The notes under the pieces were generated by a model that saw only the letters and a list, made by a program, of their open reading frames with translations, was not told where the DNA came from and made no database searches. From Candidatus Methanoperedenaceae archaeon (GTDB lineage Archaea > Halobacteriota > Methanosarcinia > Methanosarcinales > Methanoperedenaceae): 64,000 nucleotides of DNA. Shown here piece by piece: positions 18,322-28,747 of the stretch. Position 1 is the first letter of the stretch. Each line of letters begins with the position of its first letter. The position numbers and the translations under genes are program-made. Location of the stretch: contig CAVWCX010000002.1 in NCBI GenBank assembly GCA_963753595.1, positions 32,001 through 96,000 of the forward strand, read 5' to 3'.

Positions 18322-19868
18322 GTTCCTCCAATCGCCTTTATCATGGCGGCCATCTTTCGTTCTGTCTCGTTATACTCGTATTCGGGGTCGGAATCTGCGA
18401 CTATGCCGGCGCCTGCCTGTACTATTGCCTTATTCCCATTCTTTATTATCGTCCTTATTACGATAGCAAAATCAGCATCCCCGTTCCAGGAATAATAGCC
18501 CACGCCTCCGCCGTATATACCGCGGGCATCCTTCTCAAGTTCATCAATTATTTCCATCGCGCGGATCTTTGGCGCGCCTGATAGCGTCCCTGCCGGGAAT
18601 ATGGCGCGTGTTGCATCAAACTGGTCACATTCATCACGAAGTTCCCCTGACACCGTGCTTTCGATATGCTGGACATGGGAATATTTGATCACGGACATGA
18701 AATCATCAACTTTTACAGTGCCGCCTTTTGAGACCATCCGCACATCGTTTCGCCCCAGGTCAACGAGCATCACATGCTCAGCTTTTTCTTTCTCGCTGCC
18801 AAGCATTTCTTTTGCAAATTCTTCATCTTCTGCCGGGTTTTTGCCGCGCGGGCAGGTGCCTGCGATAGGGTTGATAATAACTTTCCTGTCATGGACCGAC
18901 ATCAAAGTCTCAGGACTTGCTCCGATAATGGCTGTCCCATTAAACTCAAACAGGTACATGTAAGGGCTTGGGTTAACGCTTCGAAGGGCCGAATATAGTT
19001 CAAGCGGTGTTTGCTCTGTTGTAACTTCATATCGCCGCGAAAGTACCACCTGGAATATGTCGCCGTCAATTATGTGTTGTTTTGCTTTCCTGACAATTTC
19101 TTCATATTCGCTTTTTTGCATATTGCAGCTGATCTTTAAAGGTTTGTTTTTTTCCAGGGTAAAACGCCTTGCAGACCCAATTGTAAAAGCAAGTTTATAT
19201 GCATCTTTCAGCGCTTCATTGTATATTTCTTCTGCGTTATCCCCGCCAAGGACAAATGGAGTAATAACAATAAATGTCTCGTTCGTAAGATGGTCAAAAA
19301 CCACTGTTTTAGTAGTTAGAGCGAATTGCGCATCAGGTGTCTGGCTTTTTTTTTGAGGAATATCCAGCCAGCAAGTATATACCATATCATAAGAACAATA
19401 TCCGATAGCCCCTCCGAGAAATGTCTGCCTGTCAAAACCCAGGCCTTTGAATTTTAATCCGGATGCACAAAAAGCAGACCGGATCGCATCCATTGTATCA
19501 AAACCGGATCTTAATGTATATGTTTTTCCATTAATATCACTTTTAATATCATTATTCTTTTTATTTTCACATATTTTCGAAAGCGACTCTCCTATCAGTC
19601 CTGTCAGGCTCGTCATGTGCGGATAGTCAAGCGATACCATGCGGTTCTTGATCGTAACAATAGCATCCGGCTCTGATCCTACGAATGAAAACCTGGCATG
19701 TTTTTTCTCTTTCTCAACTGATTCAAGCAGATATGCGCATTTTTTATCAAGAGATGCATAAAGTTCCAGCGGAGAACAATCAGCTTTAACACTTGCTTTA
19801 AGTTGTATTATTGCCGGCCTGTCTTTTGCGAGACGTATGAATTCCGCTTTACCAATATCAAATTTCAT
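18318..19868 (-). CDS. trpE: Anthranilate synthase component I
   Basis: LLES, NPSPYM, PIAGT, EHVMLVDLGRND, GTLSGAPK. Confidence 0.96.
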   Translation of the reverse strand: MKFDIGKAEFIRLAKDRPAIIQLKASVKADCSPLELYASLDKKCAYLLESVEKEKKHARFSFVGSEPDAIVTIKNRMVSLDYPHMTSLTGLIGESLSKICENKKNNDIKSDINGKTYTLRSGFDTMDAIRSAFCASGLKFKGLGFDRQTFLGGAIGYCSYDMVYTCWLDIPQKKSQTPDAQFALTTKTVVFDHLTNETFIVITPFVLGGDNAEEIYNEALKDAYKLAFTIGSARRFTLEKNKPLKISCNMQKSEYEEIVRKAKQHIIDGDIFQVVLSRRYEVTTEQTPLELYSALRSVNPSPYMYLFEFNGTAIIGASPETLMSVHDRKVIINPIAGTCPRGKNPAEDEEFAKEMLGSEKEKAEHVMLVDLGRNDVRMVSKGGTVKVDDFMSVIKYSHVQHIESTVSGELRDECDQFDATRAIFPAGTLSGAPKIRAMEIIDELEKDARGIYGGGVGYYSWNGDADFAIVIRTIIKNGNKAIVQAGAGIVADSDPEYEYNETERKMAAMIKAIGGT

Positions 19869-20509
19869 GTCATTCTCGCGTTATTAATAAAATCTATTAC
19901 TTTCTGTTCATCTTTTCGTCCATCGGTCTCAACGCCGGAAGCCGTGTCTACAGCGTATGGCCGGACGCATTGAATCGCATTTTTTATGTTCGCGGGATTT
20001 AATCCGCCGGCTAATATCACGGGAAGGCCGGCGTTAAGAACAATATTCGAACTTAATTCCCAGTTGTGAATAACTCCAGTCCCGCCTGCCTTTCCAGAAA
20101 GTGCAGTATCAAGCAGGACTGCATCAGCTATTCCTGAAAGGTCTTTTACAAGATCCAGGAGCATCTGCGCATCAGCATTCATTGATACTGGAATTGTTTT
20201 TATGAGTTTCACTCCTGTTCGCTTTATCTTTTTAAGTTCATCAAGGGTCAGTGAATTATGGATCTGTACCGCGGTGGGCTTTGCCGCATGTATCATTTCA
20301 ATGGCTTGTTCGGCATTTTCCGGCATGATGACAAGCACAGAGGTCACAAAAACCGGGACTTGCGCTATTAACCGCGATGCCTCAGCACGAGTGATCTTAC
20401 GTGGAGAATCAACAGGCACTTCAGTAATAAATCCTACCGCATCCGCACCTGCATTAATTGCCATGAAAAGGTCGCGTTCACTCTTTATCCCGCAAATCTT
20501 TACTTTCAT
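19865..20509 (-). CDS. trpF: Phosphoribosylanthranilate isomerase
   Basis: KVKICGI, LAGGL, VDTASGVE. Confidence 0.95.
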   Translation of the reverse strand: MKVKICGIKSERDLFMAINAGADAVGFITEVPVDSPRKITRAEASRLIAQVPVFVTSVLVIMPENAEQAIEMIHAAKPTAVQIHNSLTLDELKKIKRTGVKLIKTIPVSMNADAQMLLDLVKDLSGIADAVLLDTALSGKAGGTGVIHNWELSSNIVLNAGLPVILAGGLNPANIKNAIQCVRPYAVDTASGVETDGRKDEQKVIDFINNARMT

Positions 20510-20521
20510 CGTTTAACCTAT

Positions 20522-21559
20522 TTATAAGAACCGTGCGAGTTTTCCAGGTTCGCCTGATGCGTTCACGAGTTCTTTCAGCTTGCTTAGCGCTGCGCCAGAG
20601 TCTATTGCCTGGTTTGCCAGATTTATTCCGGCGGCAAGATTTTCCGCTTTTCCACTTACAAAAAGTGCTGCGCCTGCATTTACAGCAATAATATCCCTTT
20701 TTGCTCCTTTCTTACCTTTTAGAACTTCTACAATATCCTTTGCATTATCCTGCGGTGTTCCTCCGGCGATATCGCCGATCAAAGCGCGATTTACACTAAG
20801 TTTTTCTGGTGTTGTAGAGTATTTTGTAATCTTTCCTTCATTTAATTCCACAATTTGTGTTTCACCTGTTGTTGTGATCTCATCCATTCCGCTGCCGTGG
20901 ACCACCAGCGCTCTTTTTGTACCCAGAATATTGAGTACGTTTGCAATTGGCTCGCATAAGGAACTGTCAAAGACGCCTAAAACCTGCGCTTTTGCATTCG
21001 CGGGATTTGTCAGCGGCCCGAGGATATTGAAAACAGTCCTGAACCCAAGGTCGCGCCTTATCTGCGCCACACGTTTCATAGAAGGATGAAACACCGGGGC
21101 AAGCATGAATCCTATCCCAACGGACTCAATTGTCTTTTCCACCTGTGCGGGAGGCGCATCTATCTTTACACCGAGTTCTTTTAACACATCAGCGCTTCCC
21201 GATCTTGAAGTGATCGAGTAATTCCCATGCTTTGCGACATATACGCCTGCTCCTGCTGCCACAAGCGCTGCGCCGGTACTCACATTAATAGTTCCTGTTG
21301 AGTCGCCGCCTGTCCCGCATGTATCGATAAGTATCCCGTTTACTTTAGGGTTAATGATATTTGCAGCTTTCTTCATACCCATGGCAAGCCCTGCGATCTC
21401 GGCAGGTGTTTCGCTTTTCATTTTCATGGCAGTTAAAAATGCAGCTATCTGGGCGTCAGTGGCATCGGTAAATATTTTAGATATCGCAAGCTGTGCCTCT
21501 TCCGTTGTGAGGTGCTGTTTCTGGATGAGTTTCTGTATATAGTCTTTCATAAAGATCAT
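20522..21559 (-). CDS. trpD: Anthranilate phosphoribosyltransferase
   Basis: DTCGTGGD, AKHGN, SGSAD, NILGPLTNP. Confidence 0.96.
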   Translation of the reverse strand: MIFMKDYIQKLIQKQHLTTEEAQLAISKIFTDATDAQIAAFLTAMKMKSETPAEIAGLAMGMKKAANIINPKVNGILIDTCGTGGDSTGTINVSTGAALVAAGAGVYVAKHGNYSITSRSGSADVLKELGVKIDAPPAQVEKTIESVGIGFMLAPVFHPSMKRVAQIRRDLGFRTVFNILGPLTNPANAKAQVLGVFDSSLCEPIANVLNILGTKRALVVHGSGMDEITTTGETQIVELNEGKITKYSTTPEKLSVNRALIGDIAGGTPQDNAKDIVEVLKGKKGAKRDIIAVNAGAALFVSGKAENLAAGINLANQAIDSGAALSKLKELVNASGEPGKLARFL

Positions 21560-21595
21560 TGTACATTCATGTACATCAATGTATAATTACGTACA
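21560..21595. promoter_or_regulatory. Four phased TRP-box-like hexamers (TrpY operator)
   Basis: TGTACA 21560, TGTACA 21570, TGTATA 21580, CGTACA 21590, between the minus-strand TATA (~21600) and trpD. Confidence 0.7.
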
Positions 21596-21644
21596 TCGTA
21601 TATAAAAGTTATCCTTTAATATAAGAAAAGTAATAAGGGGGAGC

Positions 21645-22514
21645 ATGAATCAGCAGTTGGCATATAAATTACTCGCAGCCTTTCTTGTATTTACCATGTT
21701 AGGCTCAGTATTCGCCTATTTCTTCATAGGGGCAAGAGACGACACCACGCAGCAAACCAATACTCCGGATACAAATACGGATAAATACAACGAAGAATTC
21801 TGGACGGTCAACCAGCCGTTCTATTCAATTTCAGATGGTCTCATAATGACGCCCCCTGGAGTGGTAACAGCACAATTTGTGGACCTTGAAAGCATGACCC
21901 CGCAAATGATCCAATGGGTGAGGCAGGATTTACAGGTCATCCAGGAAGTGGATTCCCTGTATAAATCAGATACCGTAAAAATGTATTATGCCAGGATACA
22001 GGAAGGAGATAATGATTCATTCCTGTTACTTAGCACCATGTACCCCCCTAAGAATGATTTTGAATATATCGTGCTGCCGAATACGAATAATATCCTGCAA
22101 AGGCAGGATACGGGCGCTATAAATATAATGGGAACCCCGGTAATTTATGCTTCGGATAAAACTGCAGGTGAAGTTCTTGAGATCATTTATGGATTAAATA
22201 AATCGGTCACAGCGTATGACCAATATGAAAATTTGCTGAAAAACGTGGACCCTGCGCCTTACCAGATGTTAACTTCAAATGTGAGTTTCTCCAAACAATT
22301 TTATATTGGAGTCGGGTTAATAAATGGAAGTTATGAAAGGACCACAGCTTACATTGATGCAAACTCAACTGTCCTGAAAAAACTTAACCAGTTAAAAGCC
22401 AATAGCACACAAAAAGGTTTCGTACAATATCAGGTCGATCAGAGTGGAAATTATACCGTTGTTAAAATAGTATCACCAGAACTGTTCACAGTTTTGACTG
22501 AGGAGACATCCTAG
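21645..22514 (+). CDS. Membrane-anchored hypothetical protein
   Basis: N-terminal TM helix, long ORF, GGGGAG SD. Confidence 0.8.
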   Translation: MNQQLAYKLLAAFLVFTMLGSVFAYFFIGARDDTTQQTNTPDTNTDKYNEEFWTVNQPFYSISDGLIMTPPGVVTAQFVDLESMTPQMIQWVRQDLQVIQEVDSLYKSDTVKMYYARIQEGDNDSFLLLSTMYPPKNDFEYIVLPNTNNILQRQDTGAINIMGTPVIYASDKTAGEVLEIIYGLNKSVTAYDQYENLLKNVDPAPYQMLTSNVSFSKQFYIGVGLINGSYERTTAYIDANSTVLKKLNQLKANSTQKGFVQYQVDQSGNYTVVKIVSPELFTVLTEETS

Positions 22515-22571
22515 GCGCAAAATATATAGCATATCATGCTGTAGAAAGGGCCGATACTTTTATTCAAATGA

Positions 22572-22596
22572 ATGATGAAGGATAAAAAATCCTGAA
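22572..22596 (+). promoter_or_regulatory. K-turn-like motif in the rpl7ae leader
   Basis: ATGATGA-AGGAT-AAAAA-ATCCT-GA: tandem sheared GA pairs closing a 5-bp stem. Confidence 0.6.
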
Positions 22597-22609
22597 GGAA
22601 GTAATTAAA

Positions 22610-22981
22610 ATGGCACAACAAACCTATATAAAATTTGAAGTTCCCGCTGAACTGTCCAATAAAGCATTAGAAGCTCTTGAGATGGCACGGGATACTGGAA
22701 AGATCAAGAAGGGAACAAACGAAGCCACAAAAGCGATCGAACGCGGGATCGCAAAACTTGTAATAATAGGCGAAGACGTAAATCCGCCTGAAATTGTCAT
22801 GCATCTTCCCGCCCTTTGCGAGGAAAAGAATACACCTTACATATATGTGAAAAAACAGGTGGAACTTGGTGCAGCAAGCGGATTAAGTGTGGGCAGCGGC
22901 GCAGCGGCAATTATTGAACCTGGAAAAGGTAAAGAACTTGTAGAAGAAGTGGCGCAGAAAGTCCAGGCATTAAAGAAGTGA
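22610..22981 (+). CDS. rpl7ae: 50S ribosomal protein L7Ae
   Basis: [25 protein letters not shown]. Confidence 0.97.
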   Translation: MAQQTYIKFEVPAELSNKALEALEMARDTGKIKKGTNEATKAIERGIAKLVIIGEDVNPPEIVMHLPALCEEKNTPYIYVKKQVELGAASGLSVGSGAAAIIEPGKGKELVEEVAQKVQALKK

Positions 22982-22985
22982 AATC

Positions 22986-23201
22986 ATGGCTGATGAAGAT
23001 GCAGGATATCCTGCCGAAATAGTTGAAATCGTTGGCAAGACCGGCATGCATGGCGAAGCCATGCAGATTCAGTGCCGGGTACTTGATGGCAGGGATAAAG
23101 GCAGGATCATTACCCGAAATGTCGTGGGACCGGTAAAACTTGGTGATATCCTGATTCTGCTTGAGACCTCACGAGAAGCAAAGAAATTAATGTCAAGGTG
23201 A
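22986..23201 (+). CDS. rps28e: 30S ribosomal protein S28e
   Basis: GKTGMHGE...RNVVGPV..GDIL.LLET.RE. Confidence 0.96.
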   Translation: MADEDAGYPAEIVEIVGKTGMHGEAMQIQCRVLDGRDKGRIITRNVVGPVKLGDILILLETSREAKKLMSR

Positions 23202-23205
23202 GATC

Positions 23206-23400
23206 ATGGAAAAAAGAAAATGCTCATTCTGCGGAGGAGCAATAGAACCCGGTACAGGCAAGCTTTATGCCAGGAAAGATGGAACTGTGTTCTATTTTTG
23301 TTCCTCGAAATGCCAGGGTAATTTAAACCTCGGCAGGATCCCAAGAAAGGTCGCATGGACCGAAGCTGGAAGGAAAGCCAGGGGAAAAACAACAACGTAA
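23206..23400 (+). CDS. rpl24e: 50S ribosomal protein L24e
   Basis: CSFCG..IEPGTG...FCSSKC...PRKVAWT. Confidence 0.96.
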   Translation: MEKRKCSFCGGAIEPGTGKLYARKDGTVFYFCSSKCQGNLNLGRIPRKVAWTEAGRKARGKTTT

Positions 23401-23401
23401 G

Positions 23402-23863
23402 GTGAGAATATTGGAGCGCACTTACGTGATGGTTAAACCCGATGGAGTGCAGCGTGGACTTATCGGTGAAGTTGTAAGCAGGATCGAGCGGCGCGGACTC
23501 AAAATAGCGGCTATGCGTATGAACACGATGTCGCTTGATTCTGCAAAGAAACACTATGCTGAGCATGCGCAAAAACCATTTTTCAATTCCCTGATAAGTT
23601 TCATTACATCAGGGCCATCGGTTTCGATGGTAGTTGAAGGAAAAAATGCAATATCTGTGATGCGCGCAGTTAACGGCGCAACCAATCCCGTGAATGCTGC
23701 TACAGGGAGCATACGCGGAGATCTGGCGCTGGATACAGGACGCAATATCGTCCATGCAAGCGATTCACCAGAATCTGCCATCAGGGAAATAACCATACAT
23801 TTTAAGGAATCCGAAATAGCAGGATATACCAGGGCCGACGAAGCCTGTATATACGAAAATTAA
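23402..23863 (+). CDS. ndk: Nucleoside diphosphate kinase
   Basis: [24 protein letters not shown]. Confidence 0.97.
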   Translation: MRILERTYVMVKPDGVQRGLIGEVVSRIERRGLKIAAMRMNTMSLDSAKKHYAEHAQKPFFNSLISFITSGPSVSMVVEGKNAISVMRAVNGATNPVNAATGSIRGDLALDTGRNIVHASDSPESAIREITIHFKESEIAGYTRADEACIYEN

Positions 23864-23918
23864 GTTTTTCTTATCAAAAACGCTCCTTATTATATACTTT
23901 TAATATAATCTATAAGAT

Positions 23919-25682
23919 ATGGGCGAAAATCTGCGCACCCCCATCGTATGCGTGATGGGGCATGTGGACCACGGTAAGACGTCACTTCTTGATAAGATAA
24001 GAGGAACCACAATAGCAGAGCGTGAGGCGGGTCTTATCACCCAGCATATCGGAGCGACAGAAGTACCGCTCGATATTATAAAACGTGTATGCGGCCCGAT
24101 ATTCAAGGGAGATACAAAAGTTCCCGGTCTTCTTTTTATCGACACTCCCGGCCACAGGGCATTTACTACCCTGAGGGCACGCGGCGGGGCGCTTGCTGAT
24201 CTTGCAGTTCTTGTTGTGGATGTAAATGAAGGATTCCAGCCCCAGACGCTCGAAGCTGTAGAAATCCTGAAGAGATTCAAAACCCCGTTTATTGTGGCAG
24301 GAAATAAGATCGATAAAGTGCCAGGATGGAATCCGCAACCAGGGAAGCCGTTCATATTATCGTTTCCTGAGCAGACCGAGTTTGCACAAGTAGGGCTTGA
24401 TGAAAAAATATACGTGATCATAGGCAAACTCTATGAAATGGGCTTAAGCTCTGACAGGTATGACAGGGTACGGGATTTCCAGCGAAACATCGGTATCATG
24501 CCCGTAAGTGCGAAAACAGGAGAGGGCATACCCGATCTTCTTATGATATTGATGGGACTTGCCCAGAAGTTCCTTGAAAAAGATCTTGAGTACAGGGCTG
24601 TTGGACCAGGTATCGGGACAGTTCTTGAAGTTAAAGAAGAGACCGGTCTTGGAACAACGCTTGACGTGATATTATATGATGGGGAATTTAACGTAGGCGA
24701 CACGATCGTTGTGGGAAGCAGGGATGCACCCATTTCAACAAAAATACGCGCCCTGTTAAAGCCAAGGCCGCTTTCCGAGATACGCTCAGAAGAGAAATTC
24801 AAACAGGTAAAGAAAGTCGTTGCAGCTTCAGGTATTAAGATCGCAGCTCCAGGTCTTGAAGGGGCGCTTGCAGGATCCCAGATCCGTGTAGCTGTAGGCA
24901 ATATCGATGAAGTGGGAGCCGCCATCAGATCCGAAATAGACTCGGTAAGGATCGAAACCGAATCAAATGGGGTATTGATCAAATCAGATACGATCGGTTC
25001 ACTTGAAGCCCTTGTAAATGAGTTGAAAAAGGAAAATATCCCTATCAGGAAGGCGGATATCGGAGATATTTCAAAACGTGATGTGGCTGAAGTAAAAACA
25101 ATCAAAGACCCGCTTTTTGCAGTAATCCTGGGATTTGAAGTAGATGTTTTGCCGGACGCAAAGGAAGAACTGGCAGACTCAGATATTAAATTATTTACAA
25201 ATAATGTTATCTATCGCATAATCGAAGATTATAAGAAATGGGTAGCAGAACAAAAGCAACTACTTGAGAAAAAACGTTACGAGACAATTATCAAACCAGG
25301 AAGATTCATTATAATGCCAGACTGTACATTCAGGCAAAGCAAGCCTGCAGTTGTTGGTGTGCGTGTCAGGGGCGGCATCATTAAAACAAATCTTGAAGTA
25401 ATGAAAGAAGACGGCACGATTGTTGGAATAATAAAAGGAATACAAGAGAACAATGAGAATATAAGCGAGGCTAAGACTGGAAAAGAAGTGGCTATGGCTA
25501 TTGACGGGCCTGTTGTTGGGCGCCAGATAAAAGAAGGGGATACGCTTTATATTGATATTCCCGAAAAGCATGCAAAGATCGCAGAACAGGAATTATTCGA
25601 AGCTATGAAAATAGAAGACAAAGAAACTCTCATGGCATTCATGGAGATCAAACGCAGAGATAATCCTTTCTGGGGAAAATAG
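23919..25682 (+). CDS. infB: Translation initiation factor aIF5B/IF-2
   Basis: GHVDHGKT, ITQHIGA, DTPGH, NKID. Confidence 0.97.
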   Translation: MGENLRTPIVCVMGHVDHGKTSLLDKIRGTTIAEREAGLITQHIGATEVPLDIIKRVCGPIFKGDTKVPGLLFIDTPGHRAFTTLRARGGALADLAVLVVDVNEGFQPQTLEAVEILKRFKTPFIVAGNKIDKVPGWNPQPGKPFILSFPEQTEFAQVGLDEKIYVIIGKLYEMGLSSDRYDRVRDFQRNIGIMPVSAKTGEGIPDLLMILMGLAQKFLEKDLEYRAVGPGIGTVLEVKEETGLGTTLDVILYDGEFNVGDTIVVGSRDAPISTKIRALLKPRPLSEIRSEEKFKQVKKVVAASGIKIAAPGLEGALAGSQIRVAVGNIDEVGAAIRSEIDSVRIETESNGVLIKSDTIGSLEALVNELKKENIPIRKADIGDISKRDVAEVKTIKDPLFAVILGFEVDVLPDAKEELADSDIKLFTNNVIYRIIEDYKKWVAEQKQLLEKKRYETIIKPGRFIIMPDCTFRQSKPAVVGVRVRGGIIKTNLEVMKEDGTIVGIIKGIQENNENISEAKTGKEVAMAIDGPVVGRQIKEGDTLYIDIPEKHAKIAEQELFEAMKIEDKETLMAFMEIKRRDNPFWGK

Positions 25683-25794
25683 AATAACTTATTTGTGTTA
25701 ATAAAACGCACGGCAATGAGATTTTACACACACTTCACACAATAACAATTATATAATTGTAGGACGTAATAATCTCGTAAGAGGGTACAACAAA

Positions 25795-26163
25795 ATGTCG
25801 ATACTAGATGTAACGGAAGACCAGATCTTCCAGACTTTAGGCAAAGGGAGAGATCCCAATTTCAAGCCTATAGAAAAGGACAGGCCAGTAATTGTAAAAC
25901 CTAAAAAAACATATTCTATTAATCAGAATGGAAAAGGAACTCCCCTGGTAAAAGCCACAAAACCTGTGGAACAGATTGTTAAAACCGAGATAACAGTTCC
26001 TTTACCGCAAAACGATGATTCGGTCAAGAAGCTTACAGAGGATTTGAATGAACTGAACAACCGTGTTACAGGGATACAGAAAATGGTAAAATGGTATATA
26101 GTACCCCAATTTGTAGTTGTTGTGGTTCTTGTCGTTGCTATTGTGGTAAAAGCTAATTCTTAG
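25795..26163 (+). CDS. Hypothetical tail-anchored coiled-coil protein
   Basis: Coiled coil followed by a C-terminal Val-rich TM segment. Confidence 0.7.
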   Translation: MSILDVTEDQIFQTLGKGRDPNFKPIEKDRPVIVKPKKTYSINQNGKGTPLVKATKPVEQIVKTEITVPLPQNDDSVKKLTEDLNELNNRVTGIQKMVKWYIVPQFVVVVVLVVAIVVKANS

Positions 26164-26206
26164 ATCAACCGATATTTTATTGTATTAGCAATTCGTTTTG
26201 GAGGAC

Positions 26207-27391
26207 ATGAAATATATTGTCCTCGTCGGCGATGGGATGGCCGATTATCCAGTTCCTGAACTTGGTGGTTTGACCCCACTACAGGCAGCAGATACCCCTA
26301 ATATGGATTTTATTGCAAAGCATGGAAAATGCGGTGTTGCAAAAACCGTACCCGATGATAAGCAGCCAGGCAGCGATGTTGCAAATCTTTCAATAATGGG
26401 GTATGACCCTGATAAATATTATTCCGGCCGCGGTCCGCTTGAAGCCGCAAGTATAGGAATAGATCTTGAAAAGGATGATATCGCTTTCCGGTGCAATCTT
26501 ATCACTGAAAAAAACGGGTTGCTCGCGGATTACAGTTCAGGTCATATTTCAACTGAGGAAGCCGGTATCCTGATAAAAGCTGTTGATAAGGAACTTGGCA
26601 GATCATGCCGATTCCATGCGGGAGTAAGTTACAGGCATCTGCTTGTAATGAAACGCGCAGAGTTTGCACAATGTACTGCGCCTCATGATGTAGTAGGCCA
26701 ATCGATTGAAGATGTATTGCCACAAGGTGATGATTCGCAATATCTGATCTCACTCATAAAAGCATCACAACCTGTTCTTGAAAAACACGAAGTCAATAAT
26801 AAGAGAAAAAAAGCAGGAAAGAACACAGCAAACCTTATCTGGCCATGGGGGCAGGGAAAGGCGCCTGAAATGCCTCTTTTTAAGGACATGTTCGGGGTAT
26901 CGGGTTCTATCATCTCGGCGGTAGACCTGTTAAAAGGGATCGGGAAGTATGCAGGTCTAAATATCATCGATGTTCCCGGAGCTACAGGATATCTTGATAC
27001 TAATTTCTCAGGAAAAGCACAACATGCACTTGATTCACTAAAAGAACGGGATTTTGTCCTTGTGCATGTCGAAGCGCCTGATGAGGCAGGGCATATGGGA
27101 AATATAGAAGCGAAAATCAAAGCGATCTCTGATTTCGATGAGAAAGTAGTAGGGGGTATGCTTAATGAACTTGGAGGATTCGGGGATTATAAGATACTTA
27201 TTTTACCTGACCATCCAACCCCAGTTTCCATAAAAACACATACAAGAGAGCCAGTTCCTTTTGCAATTTATTCTTCTTCAGAAAGTGCTGATTATGTGGA
27301 CAGGTATGATGAATTCGCGGCAAAAGAAGGGATTTTCGGACTTGTGGAGGGACACAGGCTGATGAATTTACTGATCAGGGAAAGAAAATGA
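26207..27391 (+). CDS. apgM: Cofactor-independent phosphoglycerate mutase (archaeal type)
   Basis: GDGMAD, PGSDVANLS, HVEAPDEAGH, PDHPTP. Confidence 0.92.
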   Translation: MKYIVLVGDGMADYPVPELGGLTPLQAADTPNMDFIAKHGKCGVAKTVPDDKQPGSDVANLSIMGYDPDKYYSGRGPLEAASIGIDLEKDDIAFRCNLITEKNGLLADYSSGHISTEEAGILIKAVDKELGRSCRFHAGVSYRHLLVMKRAEFAQCTAPHDVVGQSIEDVLPQGDDSQYLISLIKASQPVLEKHEVNNKRKKAGKNTANLIWPWGQGKAPEMPLFKDMFGVSGSIISAVDLLKGIGKYAGLNIIDVPGATGYLDTNFSGKAQHALDSLKERDFVLVHVEAPDEAGHMGNIEAKIKAISDFDEKVVGGMLNELGGFGDYKILILPDHPTPVSIKTHTREPVPFAIYSSSESADYVDRYDEFAAKEGIFGLVEGHRLMNLLIRERK

Positions 27392-27398
27392 GGCGGTT

Positions 27399-27668
27399 TT
27401 GGATCCGGAAATAATCTGGTATTTAATAGGAATTTTTGCCGCATTGCTGACTACGTTTGGTTTTGTGCCCCAGATAATCAAAATGCATAGAACCAGATCT
27501 TCAAAGGATGTGAGCCTGGCCACTTTATGCCAGTTCAGCGCAGGGGTTTTTTTGTGGTCGTTGTACGGGATACATCTTGGGGATGCTATTATTATTATGG
27601 CGAATGTTATCAGTTTTTTAACTCTTATGGTAGCGATTAGCCTGTATTATCATTATTCAAAAAAATAG
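27399..27668 (+). CDS. SemiSWEET/PQ-loop family transporter
   Basis: LTTFGFVPQIIK...SKDVS, three TM segments. Confidence 0.88.
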   Translation: MDPEIIWYLIGIFAALLTTFGFVPQIIKMHRTRSSKDVSLATLCQFSAGVFLWSLYGIHLGDAIIIMANVISFLTLMVAISLYYHYSKK

Positions 27669-28180
27669 TTACTTTTCCCCGATAGTAACTTTTAGCATTT
27701 TATCGCCTTTTGTGATTTTATCTACGACATCCTGTCCTTCTGTGACCTGTCCGAATATAGCATAGTTACCATCAAGGAACTTTGCATCTTCCAGGGTAAT
27801 ATAGAATTGTGAGGATGCGCTGTTTGGATCATTTGATCGGGCCATAGCCACTGCGCCCTTCTTATGGGTCAATGATGCATTTATTTCCAGGGGAATGGTT
27901 TTTCCGGAACCTCCTGTTCCATCTCCTTTAGGATCTCCGCCCTGGATGACGAATCCCTGTCAACCCTGTGGAATATTAAACCATCATAGAATCCTTTCTG
28001 CGCCAGCTCGATAAAATTTTTTGTAGTTATCGGCGCTTCTTTTTCATATAGCTCGAACTTGATCGTACCTTTCTCTGTAACGATAGTGGCAAACCTGTTT
28101 TTTTCACTTACACATCCGAATGTCAGTGAGATCAAAACAATGATAGAAAATGCAATTATACGTTTCATGATCAGACTCAT
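27669..28180 (-). pseudogene. Cyclophilin-type peptidyl-prolyl isomerase, frameshifted near 27955 (possibly a sequencing error)
   Basis: [10 protein letters not shown] / [16 protein letters not shown]...[18 protein letters not shown] split across two frames. Confidence 0.85.
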
Positions 28181-28242
28181 TTAATTAGTAAAAAATTGAA
28201 TAATCTCCAAAAATGATACTTCCGGCAATGCCGGGGAAAATC

Positions 28243-28485
28243 TTACTTAATCTCTTCTTTCTTTTCTTCCTTTTCCATTTCTTTATCCATCTTGTAATCG
28301 TCAAACCCCATCCATGCGACGATCAAACCCACAAAGAGAAGGAAAAGACCGATGGTGGCTTTTAACAGGTCAAGAAGGTTCTGCCAATATCCGAGATATC
28401 CTTCGAATCCTGTATACCAGACAAGACCCACAATTAAAATAACTAAACCTATGAACATTTTAATTATATTATTTATCAGAGACAT
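28243..28485 (-). CDS. Small membrane protein
   Basis: Two TM helices, charged tail, GGGTGA SD. Confidence 0.75.
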   Translation of the reverse strand: MSLINNIIKMFIGLVILIVGLVWYTGFEGYLGYWQNLLDLLKATIGLFLLFVGLIVAWMGFDDYKMDKEMEKEEKKEEIK

Positions 28486-28613
28486 ATATTCACCCAGTTT
28501 ATATTGTTTTATCCCATATTAAAGTTTTTTTATGAACTGTCATGGAATATGAAAACAAACCAAGTCTATAACTAAAAAACTATATACCCCAACCAACATC
28601 TTAGCATCCCGCA

Positions 28614-28687
28614 GGGCTCGTGGTCTAGTCGGCTATGATATCGCCTTTACATGGCGGGGATCCGGAGTTCGAATCTCCGCGGGCCCA
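28614..28687 (+). tRNA. tRNA-Val(TAC)
   Basis: GGGCTCGTGGTCTAG...TCGCC-TTTACAT-GGCGG...GGAGTTCGAATCTCC...GGGCCCA; TATA upstream. Confidence 0.93.
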
Positions 28688-28747
28688 TATTATTTTTATA
28701 AGCAGCTAATGGAATAATTATATTTTCTTCACAAACGGTAATCACTT

